Source: Candidatus Micrarchaeia archaeon
GTDB lineage: Archaea; Micrarchaeota; Micrarchaeia; CABMEP01
Direction of reading: 5' to 3'
NCBI GenBank assembly: GCA_038881595.1
Contig: JAVZPM010000001.1
Location: 295,335 to 359,334 of the forward strand
Length of the DNA: 64,000 nt
Made by a program: the position numbers and the translations under genes. Of the stretch, positions 1-10,174 are shown piece by piece. Below the pieces are notes generated by a model, which was not told the origin of the DNA, made no database searches, and was given only the letters and a program-made list of their open reading frames with translations. Every line of letters starts with the position of its first letter. The stretch's first letter is position 1.

Positions 1-1
1 T

Positions 2-763
2 CCAGATTGGCAGGAATGCGACACTGCAACGCATGAATGCAAAGTTAAGTTAGGCTATTGTATTGACAGCACTTACTGTACTAAAGATTATGAAGTTTGT
101 GATCCAGCAACCCATCTTTGTATTCCTAAAGAAGGAAGATGTAACAATGATTATGATTGTGCAGGATGGCAGCTTTGCAATACTACAACAAATATGTGTT
201 ATCCTAGATCTGGATACTGCTTTACAAGGCTTGACTGCAATCTTTGGGAAGAATGTGATGTTAGAACAAACAAATGTAAAGTTAGAGAAGGATATTGTGC
301 AAATGATGGAAATTGTCAGAAATGGCAGATATGTAACTTAACTACACATAGGTGTGAAGTAGCTCCAAAGTTCTGTGATTCAGATGCCCAATGTGAATCC
401 TGGCAGTATTGTGTTTTATCAACTCACCAGTGCACTGCAAGAAAAGGGTACTGTAGTTCAACATCTGATTGTGCTGGGGGTTATTCTGGTTACGAAACTT
501 GTGATCCTGAAACCCACAAATGTATTCTTGTAGCTGGAAGATGTGCAAGCGATTCAGATTGTAAGAGTTGGGAATATTGTGACACAACAAGCAAGATATG
601 TAAAGTAAAGTCAGGATACTGCAATTCAAACAACGATTGTGAAAGATCACAGGCATGTGATGTTTCCATTCACAGATGCTATAATCTCTACTGTATTACA
701 GATGCGGATTGCGATCCAGGTTACAGATGTTCTTTTGTAACCAGATCCTGTTATAAAGTTTAA
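2..763 (+). CDS. Cys-rich repeat protein, 5'-partial (about 26-aa four-Cys repeats), probably extracellular
   Basis: Frame is open from the window edge (PDWQECDTATHECKVKLGYC...) through track ORF 194..763. It holds 9 full and 1 partial C-x5-C-x5-C-x6-C units. Confidence 0.85.
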   Translation, partial: PDWQECDTATHECKVKLGYCIDSTYCTKDYEVCDPATHLCIPKEGRCNNDYDCAGWQLCNTTTNMCYPRSGYCFTRLDCNLWEECDVRTNKCKVREGYCANDGNCQKWQICNLTTHRCEVAPKFCDSDAQCESWQYCVLSTHQCTARKGYCSSTSDCAGGYSGYETCDPETHKCILVAGRCASDSDCKSWEYCDTTSKICKVKSGYCNSNNDCERSQACDVSIHRCYNLYCITDADCDPGYRCSFVTRSCYKV

Positions 764-805
764 TTTTTTTCTTTTTTTCCTTATTTTAGATTTTTCGGGG
801 ATTTA

Positions 806-1282
806 ATGCTAAATGAATTTATATCTTTTCTTGTGGAAAATCTAGCAGATCCATTAGTAATTTCCTTTATTCTTGGTGCTCTTCCAATTTCAGAAGTTAG
901 GGGCGCTGCAATCTATGCATTTTCAGTAAACAACCCTTCGCTTATTTTTCCTGCAATTATATCTAATATAATAATCTGCCCATTGATTCTACTCTTTTGG
1001 AAGACGTTAAAAATACAAAAGATCGGGGAATTTATTCTTGGAAAATCACTTGATAGTAAGTTGCATAAATTTGCAAAGAACTATGAAAATCAAGGTATTT
1101 TGGCTTTGATAGTATTTATAGGCCTTCCGTTACCAGCTACAGGTGTTTATACTGGAACACTATTAGCAGAGATTTTAGGTATTAAAAGAAGTAAGATACT
1201 ATTAGGGTCTATTATCGGTGTTTTTCTTTCTGCGGCTGTGATGTACTTTCTCCTAAGTAATCTTTTTAGCTTATTTGTATAA
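806..1282 (+). CDS. Small multi-drug export-like membrane protein (COG2426-like)
   Basis: LPISEVRGA and FIGLPLPATGVYTG motifs; hydrophobic helices. Confidence 0.8.
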   Translation: MLNEFISFLVENLADPLVISFILGALPISEVRGAAIYAFSVNNPSLIFPAIISNIIICPLILLFWKTLKIQKIGEFILGKSLDSKLHKFAKNYENQGILALIVFIGLPLPATGVYTGTLLAEILGIKRSKILLGSIIGVFLSAAVMYFLLSNLFSLFV

Positions 1283-1338
1283 ATCAATAAAATATTAAGA
1301 AATAATTAAACAAAATAATAAAAATAGAAAAAGAAAAT

Positions 1339-2403
1339 TCAACCACAGCTTCCACTTACGCTGCCAGTTTCACTGCTTAATGTTGTGCTACATGAGCTCG
1401 GCTGAGTTTCGAATGCAGAGCATATGGTTTGTTTGTACGCTTCCGCAGTTCTACTACCAGAATACTCAATATCGTTTATAAATAATGTCGGTGAGCCTTG
1501 TACTCTATATTTCTGATTAAGAATATATTCCTGCTCTGCATATTTTAGTGCATTCTCATTGTAACAGTTCTTTACCAGCTCTGTATCTATACCTTTGCTT
1601 TTCGCTATGCTTTCCCAACAGGTATCTACATTCTTGTAGTTACAAGAAGTGCTAACTGCTTTTATGTATTCTTTCCATGTGGTATAATCATACTTCTCTT
1701 TTATGCACATCTGTCTTATGTTTTCATTTAATTCCTGGACTCCATGCATTGAACAGTATGTTTTGTTCAAACAATATGCATCCTCCTGGCCGGAATAGTA
1801 TTGTGCAGGATAGATTACATAATGGAGTTCAAAATCAATTTTATCTCCTAATAAATCAGTAACTGGCCACATTGCATTTTCTGCCTGTTGACCATATGGA
1901 CAGTAGCTCATCACAAATAACTTTACATTTGGCTTTTCAGATTTTGGAATTTCTTGTACTTGAGTTTGAGTCTGTTGATTCGCTTGGGGTATACTCTGAC
2001 TCATGTTGTAAATAACACCAACTATCATAAATTCTCCATCATTAGTGACATAAACCTCTCCTTCGCTTAATTTAGCGCCTTTTTGCATTATGTCAATCTG
2101 AAGAACAGAGATTCCGTTTAATTGCGTTATGTTTTTAACAACTGCATTTGCACTGTAGGATTTAAGGAAATTTGTATCAAGGTATTTTTCAACCTTTGCA
2201 GATAGATCTGCAGTACTCATCTCTATTCCGTATTTTGGTTTTGATAGGGATAGAAATGGTAAATCCCATGCATTCATTATTAAATAACCTACTAATGCAT
2301 AACCAAACACCAAACCGAAAATAACTCCAATCACAAGGCTTGTGATAATGAGTTTTTTCTTGCTTGTTTGACCTATTTTTTCTTTTATTTTTTTAATAAC
2401 CAT
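1339..2403 (-). CDS. Membrane-anchored thioredoxin-fold thiol oxidoreductase (DsbA/GILT-like)
   Basis: N-terminal TM; FVMSYCPYG active site; CSMHGxxE; cis-Pro loop VQGSPTLFIN. Confidence 0.75.
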   Translation of the reverse strand: MVIKKIKEKIGQTSKKKLIITSLVIGVIFGLVFGYALVGYLIMNAWDLPFLSLSKPKYGIEMSTADLSAKVEKYLDTNFLKSYSANAVVKNITQLNGISVLQIDIMQKGAKLSEGEVYVTNDGEFMIVGVIYNMSQSIPQANQQTQTQVQEIPKSEKPNVKLFVMSYCPYGQQAENAMWPVTDLLGDKIDFELHYVIYPAQYYSGQEDAYCLNKTYCSMHGVQELNENIRQMCIKEKYDYTTWKEYIKAVSTSCNYKNVDTCWESIAKSKGIDTELVKNCYNENALKYAEQEYILNQKYRVQGSPTLFINDIEYSGSRTAEAYKQTICSAFETQPSSCSTTLSSETGSVSGSCG

Positions 2404-2490
2404 ATTATCACCTAAAAATTAGTTAAGCATGTTATATTATTGTTATTATATATTGATAAATCTTTACTTTGAGTATTATATTAAATTATA

Positions 2491-2526
2491 TTATTTGAAT
2501 AAATTCAGTTATTTGAATAAATTCAG
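2491..2526. repeat. Perfect 18-nt tandem duplication (ttatttgaataaattcag x2)
   Basis: Read directly; lies in a divergent intergenic region; each unit contains the TGAAT-aa-ATTCA dyad. Confidence 0.9.
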
Positions 2527-2534
2527 GTATCTAA

Positions 2535-3059
2535 ATGGATAGAAAGAATAAACTTATTAAAAATCAATTTTTGCCGGTTTACGTTTTATTCATGTTTTTA
2601 TGGAATCTAATCATATTCTTAACTCCGATTCTTTCTGTAAATAACTTGGAAATATCTAAATCACTATTTACATTTTTCTCATTTTTTTGCCACCAATTAT
2701 TTGAAAGGTCAATATGTATGAATGATAATATGGAAATAGGAAATTGCTCAGCATCAAACGGGTTCATATATCAATTTCCAATCTGCGCAAGAGATATAGG
2801 TTTTTATTTTGGAATGCTGATTGGCGGAATGATTATGTTAATTGCACGCAAAGGTGAGGAAAAAATGCCTAATTTATTATTTCTTTTAATTTTCATCTTT
2901 CCTATGGCAATAGACGGTGTCACACAATTATTATATCTAAGGGAGAGCACGAACGAATTAAGGCTGATCACAGGCTTTCTTGCAGGTGTAATCATTCCAT
3001 TTTATTTAATACCTATTCTAAATAGGTTTTCTTTCAGAGGTGTTGGGAGTGAAAGATAA
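2535..3059 (+). CDS. DUF2085-type membrane protein
   Basis: CHQxxERS, PICARDxG, PMAIDGxTQ and RESTNELRLITG motifs. Confidence 0.85.
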   Translation: MDRKNKLIKNQFLPVYVLFMFLWNLIIFLTPILSVNNLEISKSLFTFFSFFCHQLFERSICMNDNMEIGNCSASNGFIYQFPICARDIGFYFGMLIGGMIMLIARKGEEKMPNLLFLLIFIFPMAIDGVTQLLYLRESTNELRLITGFLAGVIIPFYLIPILNRFSFRGVGSER

Positions 3060-3507
3060 AGAAAACAGAACTAAAAGCCAGGGAATTACTAACCAGATAG
3101 AAATAAAAGACATAGAGAAGAAAATCAGGAATTTCAATAAAGAGATAAAGATTCTATCAAAATCAAAAGAATTGAGACACCTAAATCTAATGAAAAAAAG
3201 AGTACTTAAACAGATAAAGAAGTGCATAGATCCAGAGTTAGGAAGTAATATAATGGATCTTGGTTTCATTTATGGTTTAGAATTGATAAAAATAGATCAC
3301 AAATATAAAGTAAAAATAATCATGACTCTTACCTCCCCATTCTGTCCATTATCTAATTATCTTGCATCAGATGTTAAGGAAAAAGTATTGAAGCTTAAAG
3401 ATGTTGCAGATGTAGAAGTAGAAATCGTATTCAATCCACAATGGAATCCTTCGATGCTTTCAGAAGAATTACAGATGAAAATGTTTAGCCAGTTCATTAA
3501 TCAATAA
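3049..3507 (+). CDS. Metal-sulfur cluster assembly factor (DUF59/SufT-like)
   Basis: DPELGSNIMDLG, MTLTSPFCP and PQWNP motifs; GTG at 3049 follows a gaggtg RBS (track start 3040). Confidence 0.85.
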   Translation: MKDKENRTKSQGITNQIEIKDIEKKIRNFNKEIKILSKSKELRHLNLMKKRVLKQIKKCIDPELGSNIMDLGFIYGLELIKIDHKYKVKIIMTLTSPFCPLSNYLASDVKEKVLKLKDVADVEVEIVFNPQWNPSMLSEELQMKMFSQFINQ

Positions 3508-3545
3508 CTCTTATATTTTCATAAGTCAACATGAGTCAAAGGTTA

Positions 3546-3989
3546 TTATACGTCGATTATAACCTGACATCTCCACATTTCTTTTCTGTTTATTTTTATT
3601 TTTTCTACCTTAAAATGATGCATAGTAACTGCTTTTGCATCTATAACTATATCATGTTTTTTTGGATCTATCTTATCTCCATATGCATTTGCATGAAGCA
3701 CATATCCTTCCTCGTCTCTATGGATTTTAATATCAAATTTACTGAAGAACATCTGTTCTGCATCCTTCAGAAAAACTAGTTCATCTAAAAATGAAAAAAG
3801 AAGCTTCTCTTCATTTATTTCTTTTTTAGTAATTTCATATTTTATCTTAGGTTCTATTTTACTAGGGTCTCTTACCATTACACCAAGTAAGGCAATCCCA
3901 GCATATGAGAACATTTCTTCCAATGATTTTCCTGTTGCCTCAAATGCAACATCTGCAGATGTTAATTCATGAAGGTATTTATAAGTCAT
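3546..3989 (-). CDS. Archease
   Basis: N-terminal TSADVAFEA, KAVTMH, C-terminal IIDV; directly downstream of rtcB. Confidence 0.92.
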   Translation of the reverse strand: MTYKYLHELTSADVAFEATGKSLEEMFSYAGIALLGVMVRDPSKIEPKIKYEITKKEINEEKLLFSFLDELVFLKDAEQMFFSKFDIKIHRDEEGYVLHANAYGDKIDPKKHDIVIDAKAVTMHHFKVEKIKINRKEMWRCQVIIDV

Positions 3990-4009
3990 GTTTTCCCTTA
4001 AATTATGTA

Positions 4010-6967
4010 TTAACCCTTAATGTTTGCAATAGGTATAAATCTTACAACTCTTTTTGATATTCCTGCCTTTTCACAGGTCTCTGTAACATCATCCACTGAT
4101 TTATATGCTGCACCAGCTTCTTCAGCTAATCCAGAAAGGCTGTCTGTTTTTACAATAATACCTCTTTTTTCCATATCTTTCTGCAATTGGTCTCCTCTGA
4201 ATTGATGCTTTGCCTGCGCTCTTGACATGGTTCTTCCACTTCCATGTGCAGTGCTACCAAATGTATTTTCTTCTGCATATTTTGTACCCAATAACAAGTA
4301 GCTTCCAGTTTCCATCGATCCACCGAGAATAACTGGCTGCCCAAGCTTGCTATATTCAGAAGGAATTTCTTTATTTTCAGGTCCAAATGCACGCGTTGCG
4401 CCCTTTCTGTGCACTATTACTTCTTTCCAGCTTCCTTCTATCAGATATTTCTCCAGCTTTGCTGTGTTATGTGTGACGTCATAAATTTGATGCATTCCTA
4501 GTTTCTCAGGATCTGATTTAAAGACATCACTAAATACTTCTCTTATTCTATGGAGTATAACCTGTCGGTTTGCAAATGCCATGTTCATTGCTCCTTTCAT
4601 TGCTGAGAAATAAGTCTGACCTTCTGGCGAGTTAAAAGGCGCACAAGCAAGCTCCTTGTCCAGAATTTTTATCTTATATTTTGATTCCATTACATTAAGA
4701 AAAGTATTAAGAGAATCGGTTGCAACCTGGTGTCCAAATCCTCTGCTTCCACAATGGAACATCACAACAATCTGACCAGGGAATATGCCGAGCTTCTTTG
4801 CAGCTTCTTTGTCAAAAATGTTTTCTTCCTTTACAACTTGAATTTCTAAGTAATGATTTCCTGAACCCAGCGTTCCAATTTGATCATATCCTCTTGTGAC
4901 TGCTCTTTGGCTTATCTTTGACGCATCCGCTCCTTCCATGCAACCTTCTTCCTCTGTTCTCTTAAGATCTTCATCCCATCCGTATCCTTTTTTAACAGCC
5001 CATTTTGATCCTTCTTCAATTACTTTTTTGAATTCGTCCTTGCTTATTTTAACAAATCCAGTTGCACCTACACCAGATGGAATCCTCTTGAATAATTGAT
5101 CTATTAATTCACGAATCTTTGGTTTTACATCATTTATGGTCAAATCAGTTCTTACAAGACGCATTCCGCAGTTTGATACCACAAAGCAATTTGCTATAAA
5201 ATTATGTGCCTTATGATTGACAGTAAAGTCATACACCCAGCCTTTGTAGTCTGTTTTTTCCTTTCGAGCAATTTCTGTCCATATCGCTCCGCTTTTACCG
5301 AGTCCTTCAGTTGCTTTCTTGTAAAAATCTTCAAACCTATCGAATTCGAATGATATTCTTGGCTTTGTTTTTCTCTTTTCATAAATTGATCTTATTAAAA
5401 ATCGCGAATTAACATATTCTGATTCAAGCTCTTTAATAATTTCAGATCTCGAATAGCCAGATTGTCTCACTGTTTCAGCTAAACTGATTGCATTTATTCT
5501 TTTATTTATTACGTTTTCTTTTAGCCTAAGATATACAATTGCAGCGTTTGCCTTTGAAGTTTTTTCATTATTATATTCAAATCCAATTGTTTTGTATAAT
5601 TTAATCAAATTTTCCGAGTCATTATATATATGCAAGCGTATTCTAAATGTTTTGCTAAATTTTCCATCGTATTCATAAACCGGTTCACTTAAAACACTCT
5701 TTATGCCAAATTCAGCAAGTATCTTTTGCATTCCAGAAAGGAAATCTACTCCAGATTTAATACATTCTGCTGACTTGTTTATTGATACGGACGGCATGTA
5801 AAAATTGTATTCATGGTTAGTAAGTACTTTTGGATTTCTCATTTCAGCTCCAAAGAATGCTGCAAGGAACAATCGTTTTTGCCACTTTGGAGAGTTTGTG
5901 ATCCATGCAGGTAATTTAAATTCTTGATGTGCCTTATTGCCTATGGGTGCACCAAGCATTGCCAGCAATGCAGCGAAAGCGCGTGAAGAAACATGCAAAG
6001 AATGCTCCAGAAATTCAAACTTGACCTCACCATATTTTGTAGAAATTCTATGTTTTCTTTTTCTTAAATATATTCTGCTCGAGAATCCAAGGCGCTGAAT
6101 TTCTTCTTGCATGTTTTTTAGATCTTCCTTTTTTCCCCAGAAGCATGCATATATTCTACCACTTCGATCAATGTATATAGTTCCATCTCCCATATTGTAT
6201 GCAACTAATTTTATGAGTATAGGGAAATTCTCGGATGAACGTCTTAAGGGAAGGAGATTTCTTTTTTTAAGTTCTGTAATTATTTTCTCTTTGCTTGTTT
6301 TTGAAAGAGGCAAAATATCAATATCTGATTCGCTGACAATTATTTCTTCTGATGGAATTTCATACTCGACTCCTTCAAAAGGAAAAACCACTATTTTTTC
6401 TCCTTCTTTTATATCTTGTATCTTTTTCATTCCATCCTTTGTCATGATCGGATGATCTGCCGTTGCCTTTATCTCCATTCCACATTTAGTCTTTATAATA
6501 AAAACATCATCTCTGGACCTGCGCCTTAAATGCAAAAGAATATCTGCATTAGTCCTTCTTTTTTCTGAAATCAGTGGCAATCTTATTTGTGTTTTGGATT
6601 TAAACATGTCTTCAATTCTTAGTGTGTATCCATATTCAGTCAGTATGCGAGTCTCGCCAACCAGACAATTTATGTCAAAGCCCACCCCTCCTGGTGAAAT
6701 TACACCATTTTCTGTGTCAAATGCTGCAACACCACCTATTGGAAAGCCATATCCAGAATGACCATCTGGCATGACGTAAGAGTATCTTTGAATTCCTGGG
6801 AGAGTAGCTACATTTGAGGCTTGGTCGAACACTGCAAGATCCATTGTGTCAAGCAGTTTTTTGCTGGCATATACTCTTACTGGCACTCGCATTCCTTGCT
6901 TGAAAGACGGAGAAATCTCCCATAGATAATCATTTATCTTTATGAAGTCAGGTTTTTTCTGCACCAC
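4010..6967 (-). CDS. rtcB: RNA-splicing ligase RtcB, intein-containing
   Basis: MPDGHSGYGFPIGG, GFDIN-C, GTLGSGNHYLE, HRKGATRA and STAHGSGR; 486-aa extein after intein removal. Confidence 0.97.
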   Translation of the reverse strand: MVQKKPDFIKINDYLWEISPSFKQGMRVPVRVYASKKLLDTMDLAVFDQASNVATLPGIQRYSYVMPDGHSGYGFPIGGVAAFDTENGVISPGGVGFDINCLVGETRILTEYGYTLRIEDMFKSKTQIRLPLISEKRRTNADILLHLRRRSRDDVFIIKTKCGMEIKATADHPIMTKDGMKKIQDIKEGEKIVVFPFEGVEYEIPSEEIIVSESDIDILPLSKTSKEKIITELKKRNLLPLRRSSENFPILIKLVAYNMGDGTIYIDRSGRIYACFWGKKEDLKNMQEEIQRLGFSSRIYLRKRKHRISTKYGEVKFEFLEHSLHVSSRAFAALLAMLGAPIGNKAHQEFKLPAWITNSPKWQKRLFLAAFFGAEMRNPKVLTNHEYNFYMPSVSINKSAECIKSGVDFLSGMQKILAEFGIKSVLSEPVYEYDGKFSKTFRIRLHIYNDSENLIKLYKTIGFEYNNEKTSKANAAIVYLRLKENVINKRINAISLAETVRQSGYSRSEIIKELESEYVNSRFLIRSIYEKRKTKPRISFEFDRFEDFYKKATEGLGKSGAIWTEIARKEKTDYKGWVYDFTVNHKAHNFIANCFVVSNCGMRLVRTDLTINDVKPKIRELIDQLFKRIPSGVGATGFVKISKDEFKKVIEEGSKWAVKKGYGWDEDLKRTEEEGCMEGADASKISQRAVTRGYDQIGTLGSGNHYLEIQVVKEENIFDKEAAKKLGIFPGQIVVMFHCGSRGFGHQVATDSLNTFLNVMESKYKIKILDKELACAPFNSPEGQTYFSAMKGAMNMAFANRQVILHRIREVFSDVFKSDPEKLGMHQIYDVTHNTAKLEKYLIEGSWKEVIVHRKGATRAFGPENKEIPSEYSKLGQPVILGGSMETGSYLLLGTKYAEENTFGSTAHGSGRTMSRAQAKHQFRGDQLQKDMEKRGIIVKTDSLSGLAEEAGAAYKSVDDVTETCEKAGISKRVVRFIPIANIKG
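5171..6667 (-). mobile_element. Intein (499 aa) with LAGLIDADG-type homing endonuclease in RtcB
   Basis: Starts CLVGETRI after GFDIN; block B ATADHPI; LVAYNMGDG and FLAAFFGAE blocks; ends VYDFTV...HNFIANCFVVSN followed by Cys+1. Confidence 0.95.
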
Positions 6968-7080
6968 ATATTCACCCCATAGATAATTAGAAATATGCTC
7001 TTTAAATAAAATATTTTGCTATTTTTTTATTATATTATTACAGTATCATCTTTATTAATCTTTATTCACTAATATCTAAT

Positions 7081-8034
7081 ATGGCTTTGGAAATATTATT
7101 ACAATTATTTTTTCTTATAGTTGCATTGGTTGCATTAGCATTTTCCTCTAAAATAACATTAGAAAGTGCAGAGAAACTTGCTTCCTATTTTGGATTAAGT
7201 CAATTTGCTATCGGCTTTATCTTAATCTCTGTCCTTACGAGTCTTCCTGAATTCTCAATTGCAATACTATCGTCTTCATCGCACAACAATAATATTTCTC
7301 TTGGAAATTTATTAGGAGCTAATGTTACAAATATTGCATTAATATTTGGATTGTTTCTATTTCTTTCAATGAAACCTATAAGACCTAATAAAAAGAGAAC
7401 AAATGAAATTCTACTTTATATTTTCATTTCATTAATACCTGTTATTCTGTTTATAGATGGATTTCTCTCATTTACTGATGGTCTAGTACTTTTGGTGCTT
7501 TATTTATTTTTCATTAAAAATATATTAGATTCAAGAGAAAAAACACTCACACTAAATAATGTGGATAAGAAGAGTGCAGCAAGAGAATTCTTAATATTTA
7601 TCGCAGCAATATTTATTGTAATGATCAGTGCAGAATTTGTAATTAAGATAGCTGTAGAACTGGCAGAAAGGTTAAATCTGTTTCAATCATTTATTGGAGC
7701 TACATTAATTGCATTTAATACTACATTACCTGAACTTACCATTACTCTCGTTGCAGTTAGAAAAAAAGTCTCTGACATTGCTATAGGTAATTTGATAGGA
7801 AGTAACGTCGTAAACATCACTCTTCTTTTAGGTTTGAATGTTTTAATAAATCCATTTTTGCCGAATATAGAAGTTGCTAGTGCAATCTTTGCTTTCATCT
7901 TTGTCACTTCAGGATATCTTTTTTACAAGCTTCTTTTGCATAATTCACTGGAGAAAAATGATGGTTTTATTTTACTTGCTACTTATGTTTTATATTTAAT
8001 TGTTCTCTCATCAGTTCAAATAGCCCTCCATTAG
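7081..8034 (+). CDS. Sodium/calcium antiporter (CaCA, YrbG-like)
   Basis: Two alpha repeats, TSLPE...GNLLGAN and TTLPE...GNLIGSN. Confidence 0.9.
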   Translation: MALEILLQLFFLIVALVALAFSSKITLESAEKLASYFGLSQFAIGFILISVLTSLPEFSIAILSSSSHNNNISLGNLLGANVTNIALIFGLFLFLSMKPIRPNKKRTNEILLYIFISLIPVILFIDGFLSFTDGLVLLVLYLFFIKNILDSREKTLTLNNVDKKSAAREFLIFIAAIFIVMISAEFVIKIAVELAERLNLFQSFIGATLIAFNTTLPELTITLVAVRKKVSDIAIGNLIGSNVVNITLLLGLNVLINPFLPNIEVASAIFAFIFVTSGYLFYKLLLHNSLEKNDGFILLATYVLYLIVLSSVQIALH

Positions 8035-8047
8035 TGCAAGTGAGTGT

Positions 8048-9484
8048 ATGAAAAACCATGTTAGGCAGAGAAAACATACAATGAATCTTTCAGTGATCGA
8101 AGGAAGCTTATATTCATGCATGGTTGGATTTGCACAGTATTTTGTAACACCATATGCAGTATTCCTAGGAATGTCTAATTTTATGATAGGTTTACTGCGT
8201 TCAATCTCATCTCTTGTTTCTGCGTTAGGCTTTTATCTAAGCCCCTTGCTTATGCAGTTTGAAGAAAAACGAAAAGAAACAATATCTAGGTTCGTTTCTT
8301 ACCAAGCATATACAATCATATTATTTCTTTTAATTCCACTACTTCCATTTGATAAATCAATTTTATTCATCATTTTTTATTCATTGTTTCTTTTCTTTGG
8401 TTCACTAATATCTCCAATTTGGACTTCGCTAATGAAAGATGTTGTACTAAAGAAAGAGAGAGGCTCATATTTTGGAATGAGAAACAAACTTGCAGGACTT
8501 TTTGAAGTTGGTTCTTCTTTAGTTGCAGGTGCGATACTTAGTTATTTTTCAAGTAATGTTTATTTTGGATTTATAACGGTCTTTATCTTCGCCTTTATAT
8601 TTAGAATTTTGTCATCCAACTTAATACTTAAACATTGGGACCCACTATCAAAACCAAAACGACAAAATAAGTCTAAAGGGCTTGATTTAAAATTACTTAT
8701 CTTAAATGATGCGTATCTAAACAATCTGATTCTTCTTGGGGGAGGGATGCTTTTTGCTACAAACATTGCAGGTCCTTTCTTTGCAGTTTTTATGCTTAAA
8801 AACCTGAATTTTAGTTATCTTGATTTTACAATTGCAACAATTGCATCAACCTTAGCAACATTGATATCTCAGCCGTATTGGGGTAAATTAATAGATAAAT
8901 ATGGTACCCGTCCAGTTATATTTTCCACTTCAATTTTAATCCCACTCGTCCCATTGTTATGGGTTCCAGCCACTAACCTTTCATATGTAATCCTTATTCA
9001 GCTTTATTCTGGCGTTGTTTGGGCAGGTTTTGATTTAGCTGTATTTAATATGTTATTAAAGATATCACCAAAGAATAAGACTCAATTATATTCTGCATCA
9101 TACAATGGTGCAATATCAATATTAACATTTTTAGGTATGTTAACCGGTAGTTTTATTATATTAGCTTTAGATTATATTGATATAAAGATACTTAATAGTA
9201 TTCAGATAGTCTTTATTATTTCTGGCTTATTAAGATTTATTGTTGCTGGAATAGCACTTCCAAGAATAACAAAGCATATGCAGGTTAATTCTTTAGAATT
9301 TTTCGTAAAAACAATAACAGTATACCCAATTAAAGGTGTACTTTCAGAAGTTGAACAAGGAACAATATTTGCTGAACAAATAATAGTATCAGCTTCAAAG
9401 TTAATATTTGATCCAATCGCTTCCTTCAAAAGAATTTCGAAAGGTTTCAAAGCAAGCGTAAGCTTAATAAGTCCAAAGAGATAA
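8048..9484 (+). CDS. MFS transporter
   Basis: About 12 TM helices; WGKLIDKYGTRP motif; ERGSYFGMRN. Confidence 0.85.
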   Translation: MKNHVRQRKHTMNLSVIEGSLYSCMVGFAQYFVTPYAVFLGMSNFMIGLLRSISSLVSALGFYLSPLLMQFEEKRKETISRFVSYQAYTIILFLLIPLLPFDKSILFIIFYSLFLFFGSLISPIWTSLMKDVVLKKERGSYFGMRNKLAGLFEVGSSLVAGAILSYFSSNVYFGFITVFIFAFIFRILSSNLILKHWDPLSKPKRQNKSKGLDLKLLILNDAYLNNLILLGGGMLFATNIAGPFFAVFMLKNLNFSYLDFTIATIASTLATLISQPYWGKLIDKYGTRPVIFSTSILIPLVPLLWVPATNLSYVILIQLYSGVVWAGFDLAVFNMLLKISPKNKTQLYSASYNGAISILTFLGMLTGSFIILALDYIDIKILNSIQIVFIISGLLRFIVAGIALPRITKHMQVNSLEFFVKTITVYPIKGVLSEVEQGTIFAEQIIVSASKLIFDPIASFKRISKGFKASVSLISPKR

Positions 9485-9525
9485 ATATTTTCAGATCTAA
9501 TAGAGAAATAAAATGCAGTGATAAT

Positions 9526-10032
9526 ATGCAGATAGTTAAAATACCAGCTGAAAGGATGAAGGTATTAATGTCAAATGCAAAATTAATAGAAGAAAAAGGA
9601 GATATAGAACTTTCAGTTTCAAACGAAGAAGGAATATCAATCAAGTCAAGCGACCCAATAGCTGAATGGAAGGCAATTAATGTTGTAAAGGCAGTAGGAA
9701 GAGGTTTTAATCCAATGATCGCAATCAATCTTTTTAGTGATGATTACGTTCTCCATATCATAAATCTTAAAGACATATTTGACAAGGAAAAGCAGAGGAT
9801 AAGAGTCAAAGCAAGACTTATAGGCACAAAAGGAAAGACAAGAGCTACAATAGAAGAAATAAGTGGCGCATTTGTTTGCATATACGGAAATACTATAAGT
9901 TTTATAGGGAAACCTGAAGAAGTTGCTATAGCAGTAGAGGCTGCAAACATGCTAATAAACGGTGTAAGTCACGGTGCAGTTTATATGTTTCTTCAAAAAG
10001 AAAGAAAACGATTAGAATCAATGAAAATTTGA
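9526..10032 (+). CDS. KH-domain pre-rRNA processing protein (Dim2/Pno1-like)
   Basis: KAVGRGF and ARLIGTKGKTR..IE, HGAVY motifs. Confidence 0.9.
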   Translation: MQIVKIPAERMKVLMSNAKLIEEKGDIELSVSNEEGISIKSSDPIAEWKAINVVKAVGRGFNPMIAINLFSDDYVLHIINLKDIFDKEKQRIRVKARLIGTKGKTRATIEEISGAFVCIYGNTISFIGKPEEVAIAVEAANMLINGVSHGAVYMFLQKERKRLESMKI

Positions 10033-10174
10033 TGTTTTTTTAGCTATTTTTACTTCTTAATGTCATGTTTTTAATATTTTCTTAATAAATATATATGTTG
10101 CTTATTAGCAAAATAAAAACAAAGAACGCACTTAGCGCGCTCTTTTCTTTTATTAGGTCGACCAAGGTGTTTGT

